Positions 46,900 through 56,393 of a stretch of 64,000 nucleotides of DNA are shown piece after piece. The stretch comes from Sphaerochaetaceae bacterium (lineage in GTDB: Bacteria; Spirochaetota; Spirochaetia; Sphaerochaetales; Sphaerochaetaceae). Below the pieces are notes generated by a model. The model was not told the origin of the DNA. It saw nothing but the letters and a program-made list of their open reading frames with translations, and searched no databases. A program made the translations under genes and the position numbers. The stretch lies in the NCBI GenBank assembly GCA_963643635.1, contig CAVILL010000001.1, forward strand, positions 124 through 64,123, given 5' to 3'. Numbering within the stretch: position 1 is the stretch's first letter; each line of letters starts with the position of its first letter.

Positions 46900-47508
46900 A
46901 TGAGAAGAAAAATATTCATCAGCAGAACGACGGAAAACAGAGTCCTGAGGCGCATCGACCTCTTCAGAACGAATGTACCTCCTGAGTTCGGAGAGGAACT
47001 GAAATCAATATGCATGTACGACATAGGACTCCCGAACAAAACGATAACCTTCTCCCTGCACACTCCCCCTGTCTTCAGAGAGCTCGGCATGTCTGATTAC
47101 CCCATGATGATGTACCGGGACAAACTTGCAAGGGGACTGTATCTCATAAGTACGGAGGAACACGGACACATGGAGAGTCTGGACAAGAACATAGTCAAGG
47201 AAACTGTTCTCAGGATTGCAGATCCGATTGCGGTATTCGACTCAAAACAGAAAGGCAGGCTCGTTGCCCTTTATGATATTGAGGATCTTCATGGTAATTG
47301 GATTATCGTCAGCATTCTTCCTGATAAAAACCGGAGAGCATCATCTATAAACCTCATAACAAGCATATACGGCAAAGACCGTGATTACGTATTAACAAAA
47401 TGGTGTCTTGACGGCTTACTACGTTATTTTAACGACAAAAAAATGAAGGCGCTGACTGTTAGGCTCCGATTGCCATCAGTGAGTTTCTCCTTCATGCTCT
47501 CAAGATAG
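46900..47508 (+). CDS. Hypothetical protein resembling a PBECR-type module of phage/conjugative-element polyvalent proteins
   Basis: 202-aa ORF with an uncertain start (alternatives M at 47014 or at the MSDYPMMMY methionine). The segments ..EEHGH..VLRIADPIAVFDS...RLVALYDI.D..GNWIIVSILPDKN....INLITSIYGKDRDY...W..DGLLRY recall the PBECR/EndoU-Barnase-like module. Confidence 0.4.
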   Translation: MRRKIFISRTTENRVLRRIDLFRTNVPPEFGEELKSICMYDIGLPNKTITFSLHTPPVFRELGMSDYPMMMYRDKLARGLYLISTEEHGHMESLDKNIVKETVLRIADPIAVFDSKQKGRLVALYDIEDLHGNWIIVSILPDKNRRASSINLITSIYGKDRDYVLTKWCLDGLLRYFNDKKMKALTVRLRLPSVSFSFMLSR

Positions 47509-47611
47509 CCTCCCTCGTCCCAGCTGTCAATGCCGCGGCACAGAAGAATCCCGGTCTGTTTTCCTCACTGAATTGTCTCATTACGACCTTGAACATAAAT
47601 ATTCCGGATTT

Positions 47612-47708
47612 TGAGAATAAATATTCATGATTTTTAAATTTTTATGCATATTTTCTCAGATTTACTTGACAGCATTGCATATTTATCAATAATGAATGCA
47701 AATTTATT
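47612..47708 (+). promoter_or_regulatory. Candidate ARG boxes (ArgR/AhrC-type operators) overlapping the argG promoter
   Basis: The best box is TGAGAATAAATATTCATG (47612-47629), matching 14 of 16 positions of wnTGAATwwwwATTCAnw. Weaker boxes lie at 47643, 47674 and 47691. A TTGACA (47666-71) -16- AATAAT (47688-93) promoter is embedded among them. Confidence 0.5.
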
Positions 47709-47726
47709 TAGAGAGGTATTCATACT

Positions 47727-48947
47727 ATGGATAAGAAAGATATCAAGAAGATCGTTCTCGCATACTCCGGCGGACTCGATACGTCAATAATAATTCCCTG
47801 GCTCAAGGAAAACTACAACAACCCCGAAATCATCGCTGTTGCCGGCAACGTCGGACAGGCTGACGAACTCGAGGGACTCGAGGAGAAGGCACTCAAGACG
47901 GGAGCGAGCAAGCTCATCGTCGCAGACCTCGTCGACGAGATGGTGGACGAGGTGATCATACCCGCCCTCAAGATGGATGCGAAATACGAGACATACCTTC
48001 TCGGTACGGCTTTCGCACGCCCCGTCATCGGCAAGAAGCTTGCCGAGATAGCACTTCAGGAGGGCGCGGACGCAATCTGCCACGGCGCAACCGGAAAGGG
48101 TAACGACCAGGTGAGATTCGAACTTGCAATCAAGCGCTTTGCTCCGGACATGAAGATCATCGCTCCCTGGAGAGAATGGAAGATCAAGTCCCGCGACGAG
48201 GAAATCGACTATGCAGAGGCTCATCATGTTCCTCTCAAGATAAGCAGGGAGACCAACTACTCCAAGGATAAGAACCTCTGGCATCTGAGCCATGAAGGTC
48301 TCGATCTCGAGAACCCGGCAAACGAGCCCGACTACGACAAGCCGGGATTCCTGGAGATGGGAGTTTCTCCGTTCAAGGCACCGGACAAGCCGACCTATGT
48401 CACACTCTCCTTCGAAAAGGGTGCTCCCGTTGCAATCGACGGAGAGAAGATGAAGGCCAGCAAGATTATCGAGAAGCTCAACAAGCTCGGCGGCGAGAAC
48501 GGAATCGGAATCATCGACATCGTCGAGAACAGACTTGTCGGAATGAAGGACAGAGGCGTCTACGAGACCCCCGGCGGAACGATTCTCTACAAGGCTCACG
48601 AACAGCTCGAGATGCTCACGGTTGACAAGGACACACTCCACGAGAAGGAGAAGCTTGCCATCGTAATGGCTGACCAGATCTACAACGGAAAGTGGTACTC
48701 GAGCCTCACGAACTCCCTCATCGCATTTGCGGACGAAGCGAACAAGTACGTAACGGGAGATGTGAAGCTCAAGCTCTACAAGGGAAACATCATCCCCGCG
48801 GGAACGACCAGCCCCTACTCCCTCTACAGCGAGAACCTCGTCACATTCGGCGAAAGCGACTACGACCAGGCGGGTGCAGCGGGATTCATCAACGCATGGG
48901 GACTTCCGACGAAGGTCGAGGCTCTGAGAGAACAGGGAAAGCTCTGA
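47727..48947 (+). CDS. argG: Argininosuccinate synthase
   Basis: 406 aa. The PP-loop-like motif is [13 protein letters not shown], and it also has [12 protein letters not shown]. Confidence 0.95.
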   Translation: MDKKDIKKIVLAYSGGLDTSIIIPWLKENYNNPEIIAVAGNVGQADELEGLEEKALKTGASKLIVADLVDEMVDEVIIPALKMDAKYETYLLGTAFARPVIGKKLAEIALQEGADAICHGATGKGNDQVRFELAIKRFAPDMKIIAPWREWKIKSRDEEIDYAEAHHVPLKISRETNYSKDKNLWHLSHEGLDLENPANEPDYDKPGFLEMGVSPFKAPDKPTYVTLSFEKGAPVAIDGEKMKASKIIEKLNKLGGENGIGIIDIVENRLVGMKDRGVYETPGGTILYKAHEQLEMLTVDKDTLHEKEKLAIVMADQIYNGKWYSSLTNSLIAFADEANKYVTGDVKLKLYKGNIIPAGTTSPYSLYSENLVTFGESDYDQAGAAGFINAWGLPTKVEALREQGKL

Positions 48948-48963
48948 TATAGAGGAAAAGAAA

Positions 48964-50337
48964 ATGTCAAAGATGTGGGTCGGCAGAACCGACGGTAATA
49001 CAGATAAACTTGCAGACGTCTTCAATTCATCCATCTCTTTCGATAAGAGGATGTATAAGGAAGACATCACGGGAAGCACGGCCCACGCCCTCATGCTCGC
49101 ATCAAAGGGAATCATCACTCCCGGCGAAGCGGAGAAGATCGTGGAGGGACTCGGAACGATTCTCGACGACATCGAGAGCGGAAAGCTCGAAATCGACGGA
49201 AACGCCGAAGACATCCACATGTTCGTCGAGGAGGAGCTGACGAAGAGAATCGGAGAAGAAGGAAAGAAGCTTCATACCGCCCGGAGCCGCAACGACCAGG
49301 TGGCACTGGATCTCAGGATGTACCTCAGGTCCGCACTCTCAGACGTCTCCTCCCTCGTGAAAGCACTCATCGAGGCACTCACGAAGAGAGCGGAGGAGTA
49401 CGGGGACGCCATAATGCCGGGCTACACGCACCTTCAGCGTGCGCAGCCCGTGACCTTCGGCCACCACCTCCTTGCGTACTCGATGATGCTCCTCAGGGAC
49501 ATGGACAGGATCAAGGCTGCCCTCGCGAGGATGAACGTCTCCCCGATAGGCTGCTGTGCGCTTGCCGGAACGACATACGACACGGACAGGTACTTCGAAG
49601 CGGAGAAGCTCGGATTCGACGGAATATGTCTCAACAGCATGGACGGGGTATCCGACAGGGACTTCGTCGTGGAGACGCTTTCCGTCCTCTCCATCATCAT
49701 GATGCATCTCTCGCGTCTGAGCGAGGAGCTCATCCTCTGGACAAGCTGGGAATTCGGCTTCGTCGAACTCGATGATGCCTACACCACCGGTTCCTCCATA
49801 ATGCCCCAGAAGAAGAACTCGGACATGGCCGAGCTCATCAGGGGAAAGACGGGACGCGTCTACGGAACGCTCATGGCCATGCTGACGACGCTCAAGGGGC
49901 TTCCGCTCGCCTACAACAAGGACATGCAGGAGGACAAGGAAGGCCTCTTCGACGCCCTCGATACCACAGAAATGTGCCTTGAGGTGATGACCGGCATGAT
50001 ATCAACCCTGAAGGCAAGGACGGAGAAGATGAAGGCAGCGGCATCCGGAGGCTTCATAAACGCCACGGACCTTGCGGACTATCTCGTGAGAAAGGGCCTT
50101 CCCTTCCGCTCCGCCTACCGGATATCCGGTGCGATAGTCGCAGAGTGCATCGAAAGGCACCTGGTGCTGGAGACACTTCCGCTCGAGGATTACCGCCGCC
50201 ACTCGGATCTCTTTGAAAGTGATGTCTACGAGGCCGTTGACCTCGAGACATGCGTAAGGAAAAGAATAAGTACCGGGGCTCCCGGAAAGATTCAGGAACA
50301 GATTGACTATATAAGGAAAAAGCTAAATGAAGACTAA
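48964..50337 (+). CDS. argH: Argininosuccinate lyase
   Basis: 457 aa. Motifs are the lyase_1 signature GSSIMPQKKN and TARSRNDQVALD. Confidence 0.95.
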   Translation: MSKMWVGRTDGNTDKLADVFNSSISFDKRMYKEDITGSTAHALMLASKGIITPGEAEKIVEGLGTILDDIESGKLEIDGNAEDIHMFVEEELTKRIGEEGKKLHTARSRNDQVALDLRMYLRSALSDVSSLVKALIEALTKRAEEYGDAIMPGYTHLQRAQPVTFGHHLLAYSMMLLRDMDRIKAALARMNVSPIGCCALAGTTYDTDRYFEAEKLGFDGICLNSMDGVSDRDFVVETLSVLSIIMMHLSRLSEELILWTSWEFGFVELDDAYTTGSSIMPQKKNSDMAELIRGKTGRVYGTLMAMLTTLKGLPLAYNKDMQEDKEGLFDALDTTEMCLEVMTGMISTLKARTEKMKAAASGGFINATDLADYLVRKGLPFRSAYRISGAIVAECIERHLVLETLPLEDYRRHSDLFESDVYEAVDLETCVRKRISTGAPGKIQEQIDYIRKKLNED

Positions 50338-51124
50338 GAAAGCACTCATCATCCTTCTCTCACTCGTTTTGACTGCATCGATGTTCACGTCCTGCTCAAA
50401 GAGCGGAACGACACTTGCCTCCGTTCAGAAGAAGGGAAAGCTCAGCATCGCAACAAGCCCCGACTTCCCGCCGTTTGAATCGCTGACGGACAGCACGACA
50501 GTCGAGGGAATCGAAATAGATATTCTCCAGATCATCTGTGAGAAGCTCGGCGTAAAGCTCGAGATCAACCAGATGGACTTCGACTCCGTCCTCCCCGGCG
50601 TCCAGGCAGGCAAGTTCGATGTCGGTGTCTCGGGAATCACGGTTACCGAGCAGAGAAAGAAGAACGTTCTCTTCACCGATCCCTACTGCCTTGCGGCACA
50701 GGCCATCGTCGTTACCGAGGACAGCTCCATAAAGAGCAAGGCTGACCTCGCAGGAAAGAAGGTCTCCGTACAGACGGGAACTACAGCCGAATCCTACACA
50801 ATGGAGAACGGCTACTCTGTCTCCTCCTTCTCTGCAAACAGTGACGCGGAGGCTGCCCTCACCTCGGGCAAGGTCGATGCATGGGTAATCGACGACCTCA
50901 CGGCAGCGGAGATGGTCAGGGCATACAACGAAACGGCATCGGTCAAGCTCGTCATACTCGACGAAGCAATGACGACAGAGCCCTACGCATTCGCATTCGC
51001 ACTCGGAAGCGACGACCTCGTCAGGGAAGTCAACGGTATTCTCGATACACTGATAGCCGACGGAACAGTCAAGGCGATCTTCGAGAAGTACGACGCTCCG
51101 TACACGAGTCCCGAAAGCAACTGA
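50327..51124 (+). CDS. Polar amino-acid ABC transporter substrate-binding lipoprotein
   Basis: 265 aa. The signal and lipobox are FTSC. The SBP_bac_3 layout shows in SPDFPPFE and VSGITVTEQRKKNVLFTDPY. Confidence 0.85.
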   Translation: MKTKKALIILLSLVLTASMFTSCSKSGTTLASVQKKGKLSIATSPDFPPFESLTDSTTVEGIEIDILQIICEKLGVKLEINQMDFDSVLPGVQAGKFDVGVSGITVTEQRKKNVLFTDPYCLAAQAIVVTEDSSIKSKADLAGKKVSVQTGTTAESYTMENGYSVSSFSANSDAEAALTSGKVDAWVIDDLTAAEMVRAYNETASVKLVILDEAMTTEPYAFAFALGSDDLVREVNGILDTLIADGTVKAIFEKYDAPYTSPESN

Positions 51125-51137
51125 TAAGGAAAAGACT

Positions 51138-51824
51138 TTGACAAACTGGTTCAACAAACTGTATGAAACCTTCATAGAGACCGGCTATTACTCGCTGATG
51201 CTAGAAGGTTTCAAGAATACTCTCATAATCACCGTCGGCGCACTCTTCATAGGAGTCGCCATCGGTACGGTTATAGCCGTCATAAAATATCTTTCGGAAG
51301 ACAACGCTGTACTGAAGGTCATTTCGAAGATTACAGATATCTATGTCACGGCCGTCAGAGGAATACCCGTTGTCGTACTCCTTCTGATCTTCTATTTCAT
51401 AATAATGACCCGTGCGGACGGTATAACGGTGGGAATCCTGACATTCGGAATAAACTCCGGTGCATACATGGCCGAGCTCATCAGAAGCGGCATAAACGCC
51501 GTGAACCCCGGCCAGATGGAGGCGGGACGCAGTCTCGGAATGTCGAGGATGCAGGCGACAAGGAAGATCATACTTCCCCAGGCCCTGAGATACATCCTCC
51601 CCGCCATCGGCAACGAGCTCATAGCACTTCTCAAGGAAACCGCAGTTGCGGGCTATGTCGCGGTGGTGGACCTCACGAGAGCGGGAAACCTCGTAAGGAA
51701 CAACACCTACGATGCAGTCAATCCGCTTCTGATTGTCGCCCTGACCTATCTTGTACTGGTCGTGGGTCTCTCGAAGATTCTCGGAAGACTCGAAAGGAGG
51801 ATGAGACATGCTGAAAGTAAGTAA
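51138..51824 (+). CDS. Polar amino-acid ABC transporter permease
   Basis: 228 aa with a TTG start as tracked. It is HisM/GlnP-like, with the EAA-loop region [22 protein letters not shown]. Confidence 0.85.
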   Translation: MTNWFNKLYETFIETGYYSLMLEGFKNTLIITVGALFIGVAIGTVIAVIKYLSEDNAVLKVISKITDIYVTAVRGIPVVVLLLIFYFIIMTRADGITVGILTFGINSGAYMAELIRSGINAVNPGQMEAGRSLGMSRMQATRKIILPQALRYILPAIGNELIALLKETAVAGYVAVVDLTRAGNLVRNNTYDAVNPLLIVALTYLVLVVGLSKILGRLERRMRHAESK

Positions 51825-52530
51825 CCTCACGAAATCCTTCGATTCACTCGAAGTTCTGAAGGGAATCAACTGCGAAATAAACAAAGGCGATGTCATCTCG
51901 GTAATCGGCCCCTCGGGAAGCGGCAAATCAACATTCCTCAGGTGTCTCAACCTCCTCGAGAAGCCCACCTCGGGCTCGATCAACTTCGAGGGCGACGAGC
52001 TCACCGACAGAAAGACCGACCTCAACAGACACCGCCAGAAGATGGGAATGGTCTTCCAGCAGTTCAACCTCTTCCCGCACATGACGGTTCTCGACAACCT
52101 GACGGTAGCCCCGGTCATGCTGAAGAAGATGACAAAGGAGGAAGCCGAGAAGAAGGGAAAGACACTGCTCAAGCGTGTAGGACTCCTGGAGAAGGCCGAT
52201 GCCTGGCCGGACGAACTCTCGGGGGGACAGAAGCAGAGAGTCGCAATAGTCAGAGCGCTCTGCATGGAACCCGATGTCATGCTCTTCGACGAGCCGACAA
52301 GCGCTCTCGACCCCGAGATGGTCGGAGAGGTACTCGACGTAATGAAGGAACTGGCGGAGACCGGCATGACGATGGTTGTCGTCACACACGAGATGGGCTT
52401 TGCAAGAGAGGTTTCCTCCCGCGTACTCTTTCTCGACGAGGGAGTGATTGCGGAAGAGGGAACACCGGAGGAGATCTTCTCGCACCCGAAGTGCATGAGG
52501 CTGAAGACATTCCTCTCGAAGGTATTATAA
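51808..52530 (+). CDS. Polar amino-acid ABC transporter ATP-binding protein
   Basis: 240 aa. Walker A is GPSGSGKST, the signature is [15 protein letters not shown] and Walker B is [10 protein letters not shown]. Confidence 0.9.
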   Translation: MLKVSNLTKSFDSLEVLKGINCEINKGDVISVIGPSGSGKSTFLRCLNLLEKPTSGSINFEGDELTDRKTDLNRHRQKMGMVFQQFNLFPHMTVLDNLTVAPVMLKKMTKEEAEKKGKTLLKRVGLLEKADAWPDELSGGQKQRVAIVRALCMEPDVMLFDEPTSALDPEMVGEVLDVMKELAETGMTMVVVTHEMGFAREVSSRVLFLDEGVIAEEGTPEEIFSHPKCMRLKTFLSKVL

Positions 52531-52546
52531 GGAACAAGGTGGAAAT

Positions 52547-53530
52547 ATGAATCTGAAGAACAGAAACTTTCTCAAGCTGCTTGATTACACTCCCGAGGAA
52601 ATACAGGGACTGATCAATCTCGCACTCACTCTCAAGGATGAAAAGAAGAAGGGAATCGCACACGACATGTGCAGGGGGAAGAACATCGCCCTCATCTTCG
52701 AAAAGACATCGACACGGACACGCTGCGCCTTCGAAGTCGCCGCTGCGGATCTCGGAATGCACTCCGTATACCTCGACAGCAAGTCCTCGCAGCTGGGGAA
52801 GAAGGAGTCGATTGCCGACACCGCCAGAGTCCTCGGAAGGATGTTCGACGGAATCGAATACAGAGGCTTCGGCCAGGAGAGAGTCGAAGCTCTCGCGAAG
52901 TATGCCGGAGTCCCTGTCTGGAACGGACTCACGAACGAATTCCATCCCACACAGATTCTCGCCGACTTCATGACGATACAGGAGCATTTCGGCTCCCTCA
53001 GGGGAATAAAGCTCTGCTACATCGGAGACGCGAGGTTCAATATGGGTAACTCCCTCATGGTCGGAAGCGCGAAGATGGGAATGAATTTCACGGCATGCGC
53101 TCCAGAAGGTTACTTCCCCTCCTCATCCCTTACAGAGGAATGCAGGAAGATTGCTTCGGAAACCGGGGCGACTATCACGTTCGAGACCGACCCGATTAAG
53201 GCGACAGAGGGCGCCGACGTCATCTATACGGACGTATGGGTGAGCATGGGAGAGCCGGACGAGGTATGGGCGGAGAGGATAAAGCTCCTCACCCCGTACA
53301 GAGTGACGGAGAAACTGATGAAGAACGCAGGAGAGCAGTGCCGCTTCATGCACTGTCTTCCCGCCTTCCACGATCTCGAGACCGAGACGGGAAGAAGCGT
53401 ATATGAGAAATACGGAATAGACTGCATGGAAGTCGAGGACGCCGTCTTCGAAAGCGGAAAGTCCATCGTATTCGATGAAGCTGAAAACAGAATGCACACA
53501 ATAAAGGCAGTAATGGCTGCAACTCTTTAA
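52547..53530 (+). CDS. argF: Ornithine carbamoyltransferase
   Basis: 327 aa. Motifs are [17 protein letters not shown] and HCLPA. Confidence 0.9.
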   Translation: MNLKNRNFLKLLDYTPEEIQGLINLALTLKDEKKKGIAHDMCRGKNIALIFEKTSTRTRCAFEVAAADLGMHSVYLDSKSSQLGKKESIADTARVLGRMFDGIEYRGFGQERVEALAKYAGVPVWNGLTNEFHPTQILADFMTIQEHFGSLRGIKLCYIGDARFNMGNSLMVGSAKMGMNFTACAPEGYFPSSSLTEECRKIASETGATITFETDPIKATEGADVIYTDVWVSMGEPDEVWAERIKLLTPYRVTEKLMKNAGEQCRFMHCLPAFHDLETETGRSVYEKYGIDCMEVEDAVFESGKSIVFDEAENRMHTIKAVMAATL

Positions 53531-53550
53531 AGTGTATTTATTTAAGCAGG

Positions 53551-53584
53551 CAGCCCCGTGAGATTCTCCGGGGCTGTCTTTTTT
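53551..53584. terminator. Strong hairpin terminator shared by the arg operon (+) and the convergent ATPase-RloB-LuxR cassette (-)
   Basis: CAGCCCCG (53551-58) pairs with CGGGGCTG (53569-76), followed by TCTTTTTT. It lies between the stops at 53530 (+) and 53606 (-). Confidence 0.75.
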
Positions 53585-53605
53585 CGATGAAAAGTTCAGG
53601 TTACA

Positions 53606-54502
53606 TCACCATGTCGCTTCGTGAAGAACGTTGAGAAGGTCTATTCTCGACTTGACTCCCGTCTTCTGGAATATGTTCGCGATGTGGTTGTTGACGGTGT
53701 TTACGCTGATCTTGAGTTCGAATCCTATTTCCTTGTTGGTCATGCCCTTCTTGATGAGCTTTATGACCTCGAACTCCCTTTCGGTTATTCTGAACTCGGC
53801 AAAGTCCTCGCACTTCGGCTCTCCCGTCCTCGTCTTCTTCCTGCTGTCCTCCTCGGCCTTTTCGATTGCGAGGAACATGAAAACCAGATGCATTATGTAA
53901 TATGCAAGCTCGATTATGCAGAACGAAAGACTTCTCAGATCCTTGAAGACGGCGGAGAGTACAAGAAGCGGAACAGTCGAGAGGCTGATTATCGTAAAGG
54001 TGAATACCGCATGTTTCACGAGCTTGTTCTCGATTGAATTGCGTGAAATCATCATCACGACGAAGCAGTATATGACATTGACTGCGGCAATCAGGGTCTG
54101 CAGGGACTCAAGAAGCGGCACATCAATCACGGTCGTCACGACTGCTGAAGCGCAGTAGCATACGCCGACGGCGAATGTCAGGACGATCTCGAGTTTCGAC
54201 ATCGGACGCGCGACAAGCCAGGTTGCGAAGCGGCAGATGAAGACCACGAGAAAGGATGTGTCTATTATGTAGAACGCATCGAAGACGTAGTTGAGCACAA
54301 GAAGCGGGACTCCCGTGAAGAGGTGCCCCGCAACTATTTTCAATGTATAGAATACCGCCATCCCCAGGAGAGTCGAAGCAAGCACAATGTTCCACTGTAC
54401 CCACTTGTCCCGGTTCTTCTTTGCAAGAATGATTGCAAGCGACAGGTTCATCGATACTATGACGAGAGCCGCCATAGAAACAATAACGGCAGCCTGTGTC
54501 AT
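53606..54502 (-). CDS. Polytopic membrane protein with a C-terminal LuxR/FixJ-type HTH
   Basis: 298 aa. Roughly 7-8 hydrophobic helices span aa 1-225. The HTH is ITEREFEVIKLIKKGMTNKEIGFELKISVNTVNNHIANIFQKTGVKSRIDL. Its ATG shares one base with the upstream gene's TGA. Confidence 0.8.
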   Translation of the reverse strand: MTQAAVIVSMAALVIVSMNLSLAIILAKKNRDKWVQWNIVLASTLLGMAVFYTLKIVAGHLFTGVPLLVLNYVFDAFYIIDTSFLVVFICRFATWLVARPMSKLEIVLTFAVGVCYCASAVVTTVIDVPLLESLQTLIAAVNVIYCFVVMMISRNSIENKLVKHAVFTFTIISLSTVPLLVLSAVFKDLRSLSFCIIELAYYIMHLVFMFLAIEKAEEDSRKKTRTGEPKCEDFAEFRITEREFEVIKLIKKGMTNKEIGFELKISVNTVNNHIANIFQKTGVKSRIDLLNVLHEATW

Positions 54503-55125
54503 CAGAATCTGTTTCTTGCCTGGCTCATGTTCGCCTTGCCGCAGACAGCCTTCATGTCGTCAAAGAAGTCCGAAAGCGTCGTAGCCCTGAAGCCCGTGTC
54601 CATCTCTGCCATGTCGTTGTATGTGCGGGCGTTCTGGTCTGCCACAGCGAGCCTGGGGTAGATCTTGAAGTTGATGTTGAGTCCGTCGGTGAGGAAGTAC
54701 TTCGAGCTCAGTTCGAAGCCCGGGAAGGAAGCCTGAACACGCTTCAGGAGTTCCTCCTTCGTGGAAATCTTTCTCGGAGATGTCTCGAAGAGTGCGAAAT
54801 AGAGCTCGAAGGAAGGAGCGAAGTAAAGCATCTTCACCTTCTTCTTCTCCGCCGTCTCCTCGCTTCTCGCAACGTCCTCGATTGTTGCAGATACGTCATC
54901 GAGACCGAAGACACACCATACGGAAGTATACTTGCCCCTGTTTCTGAGAGCACCTGCCTCCGAGAGGAGCCTGTCGAGATTGTTCGCAGAAGCCTTCTGG
55001 ACGGTGAGGTTGGAATATCTGCAGTCCTTTCTGAGCTGGGAGAAGAAGATGGCTTCAGCCTCCGTAGCACAGAGCATGAGCATCGAGCCCTTTGCTTCGA
55101 CCTTGTTCTTTTTTCTGATGTTCAT
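54502..55125 (-). CDS. RloB-like (Toprim-related, AbiLii-type) protein
   Basis: 207 aa. By my recollection of the RloB consensus, LMLCATEAEAIFFSQL matches ivCEGekTEpnYf, VWCVFGLDD matches vvfDrD, and YFAPSFELYFALFE matches aySNPcFElWlllHf. Its ATG shares one base with the ATPase gene's TAA. Confidence 0.6.
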   Translation of the reverse strand: MNIRKKNKVEAKGSMLMLCATEAEAIFFSQLRKDCRYSNLTVQKASANNLDRLLSEAGALRNRGKYTSVWCVFGLDDVSATIEDVARSEETAEKKKVKMLYFAPSFELYFALFETSPRKISTKEELLKRVQASFPGFELSSKYFLTDGLNINFKIYPRLAVADQNARTYNDMAEMDTGFRATTLSDFFDDMKAVCGKANMSQARNRF

Positions 55126-56369
55126 TATTTTCCCTCCTTGTTCTGGAAGCAGAAGTCGCTTTCGATCGGAAGTGCTCCGAATACACCCTGGAGGTATGCG
55201 TCATAGATGCTTACCTTGCTTCTCACACCTCTGAAGTCGGAGAGTGCGACGAACTCGGTCGAGCTGTCTTCACCCTTCTCGGCGAACCAGACGGAATCCT
55301 TTCTCATGAGACCGTTTTCGAGAAGTGCGGGGTTGCAGTCGACGACGATGAGCTGGCTGAGGGTATCGTTGGCATGGAAGAGCTCGACGATGTGTCTCAG
55401 GACATACGGATGCAATAGCTGTCCGAAATCGTCGATGACGATTACCTTCTCCGAGATGAAAGCCTGGAAGAACGAGACTGCGATGAGTACGAGTCTTCTC
55501 AGGGAGAGCGACTCGTTCATGAATGTCTGGCCGTAAGCCTCGGTTCCCTTCGCGTTGACGAAGCAGTGGCTTATACCGACAGTCTCCATTCCCTTGTCGT
55601 TTCTGATTACCTGGAGGCGGTAGATGTCCGTGACATCGAGTGCCCAGAGGAACGATACAATCTGATCGGACCAGTCGGGATGAGCCTTGAGTGCCTCGAT
55701 GATGACCTTCTCCGCATTCGCACCGTAGCCGAGGGGAAGAACATCGAGCGTATTCTCGAACCAGGAGTAGACCTCGCCAGCCGTCTGGCCGCCCTTGAGA
55801 GCAGCACCCGCGAGGAAGGATCTGTCTTCCTGGAGCTTCGCAGCCTGTCTCTTCTTCTCGCCTCTGTAGTACTTGCCGAAGCGGTATGTGTACGCGCCGT
55901 CCTTATAGAGGCGTTCGAACATTATCTTCTTCGAGCCGTTGATCGTATAGTACAGGGACTCCTCGTAGAAGCGTTCCTGGGTTGCCTTCATCGTATATGT
56001 CGCGATTACGCTCGGCTGGTTCTCGTCACCGCTGACGCCCTTCTCGAGAAGGATGTCCATCGAGATTTCCGACGGCCTCGTCTTTCCGTCTCCGTATGCG
56101 AAGGCAGCCTTCGAAAGATACCTTCTGAGGGGATTCGGTGAATCCTCCGGAGCGAACATTATGCCCTTCACAGCTTCGAGGGCTCTGACGAATGTACTCT
56201 TACCCGCACCGTTGGGGCCGATGATTGCGCTGGATTTGAGAACGTTGAATTTATCTGTTCCCTCGATTGTCTTGGATAAGTCCAGTCTCTTGTCGCCGAG
56301 TGCGACGAAAGAAATAGTCTGGGGATCCTTCACAGACTTGTAGTTTGCAAGTGTCATTGACAGCAGCAT
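55125..56369 (-). CDS. AAA_21/ABC-like ATPase (AbiLi/RloA-type partner)
   Basis: 414 aa. The P-loop is IIGPNGAGKSTFVRALE. The C-terminal block is ESLSLRRLVLIA...VIVIDDFGQLLHPYVL...QLIVVDCNPALL. A GGAGG RBS precedes the start. Confidence 0.75.
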   Translation of the reverse strand: MLLSMTLANYKSVKDPQTISFVALGDKRLDLSKTIEGTDKFNVLKSSAIIGPNGAGKSTFVRALEAVKGIMFAPEDSPNPLRRYLSKAAFAYGDGKTRPSEISMDILLEKGVSGDENQPSVIATYTMKATQERFYEESLYYTINGSKKIMFERLYKDGAYTYRFGKYYRGEKKRQAAKLQEDRSFLAGAALKGGQTAGEVYSWFENTLDVLPLGYGANAEKVIIEALKAHPDWSDQIVSFLWALDVTDIYRLQVIRNDKGMETVGISHCFVNAKGTEAYGQTFMNESLSLRRLVLIAVSFFQAFISEKVIVIDDFGQLLHPYVLRHIVELFHANDTLSQLIVVDCNPALLENGLMRKDSVWFAEKGEDSSTEFVALSDFRGVRSKVSIYDAYLQGVFGALPIESDFCFQNKEGK

Positions 56370-56393
56370 GGTCTTTCCTCCATTTACCTATGA

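Noticed and set aside
46818-47090. 90-aa minus-strand ORF upstream of gltX
   Set aside because: It overlaps the 5' part of the plus-strand PBECR-like ORF, is hydrophobic and low-complexity, and has no RBS. It was not called, although it adds to the uncertainty about the true start of the 46900 ORF.
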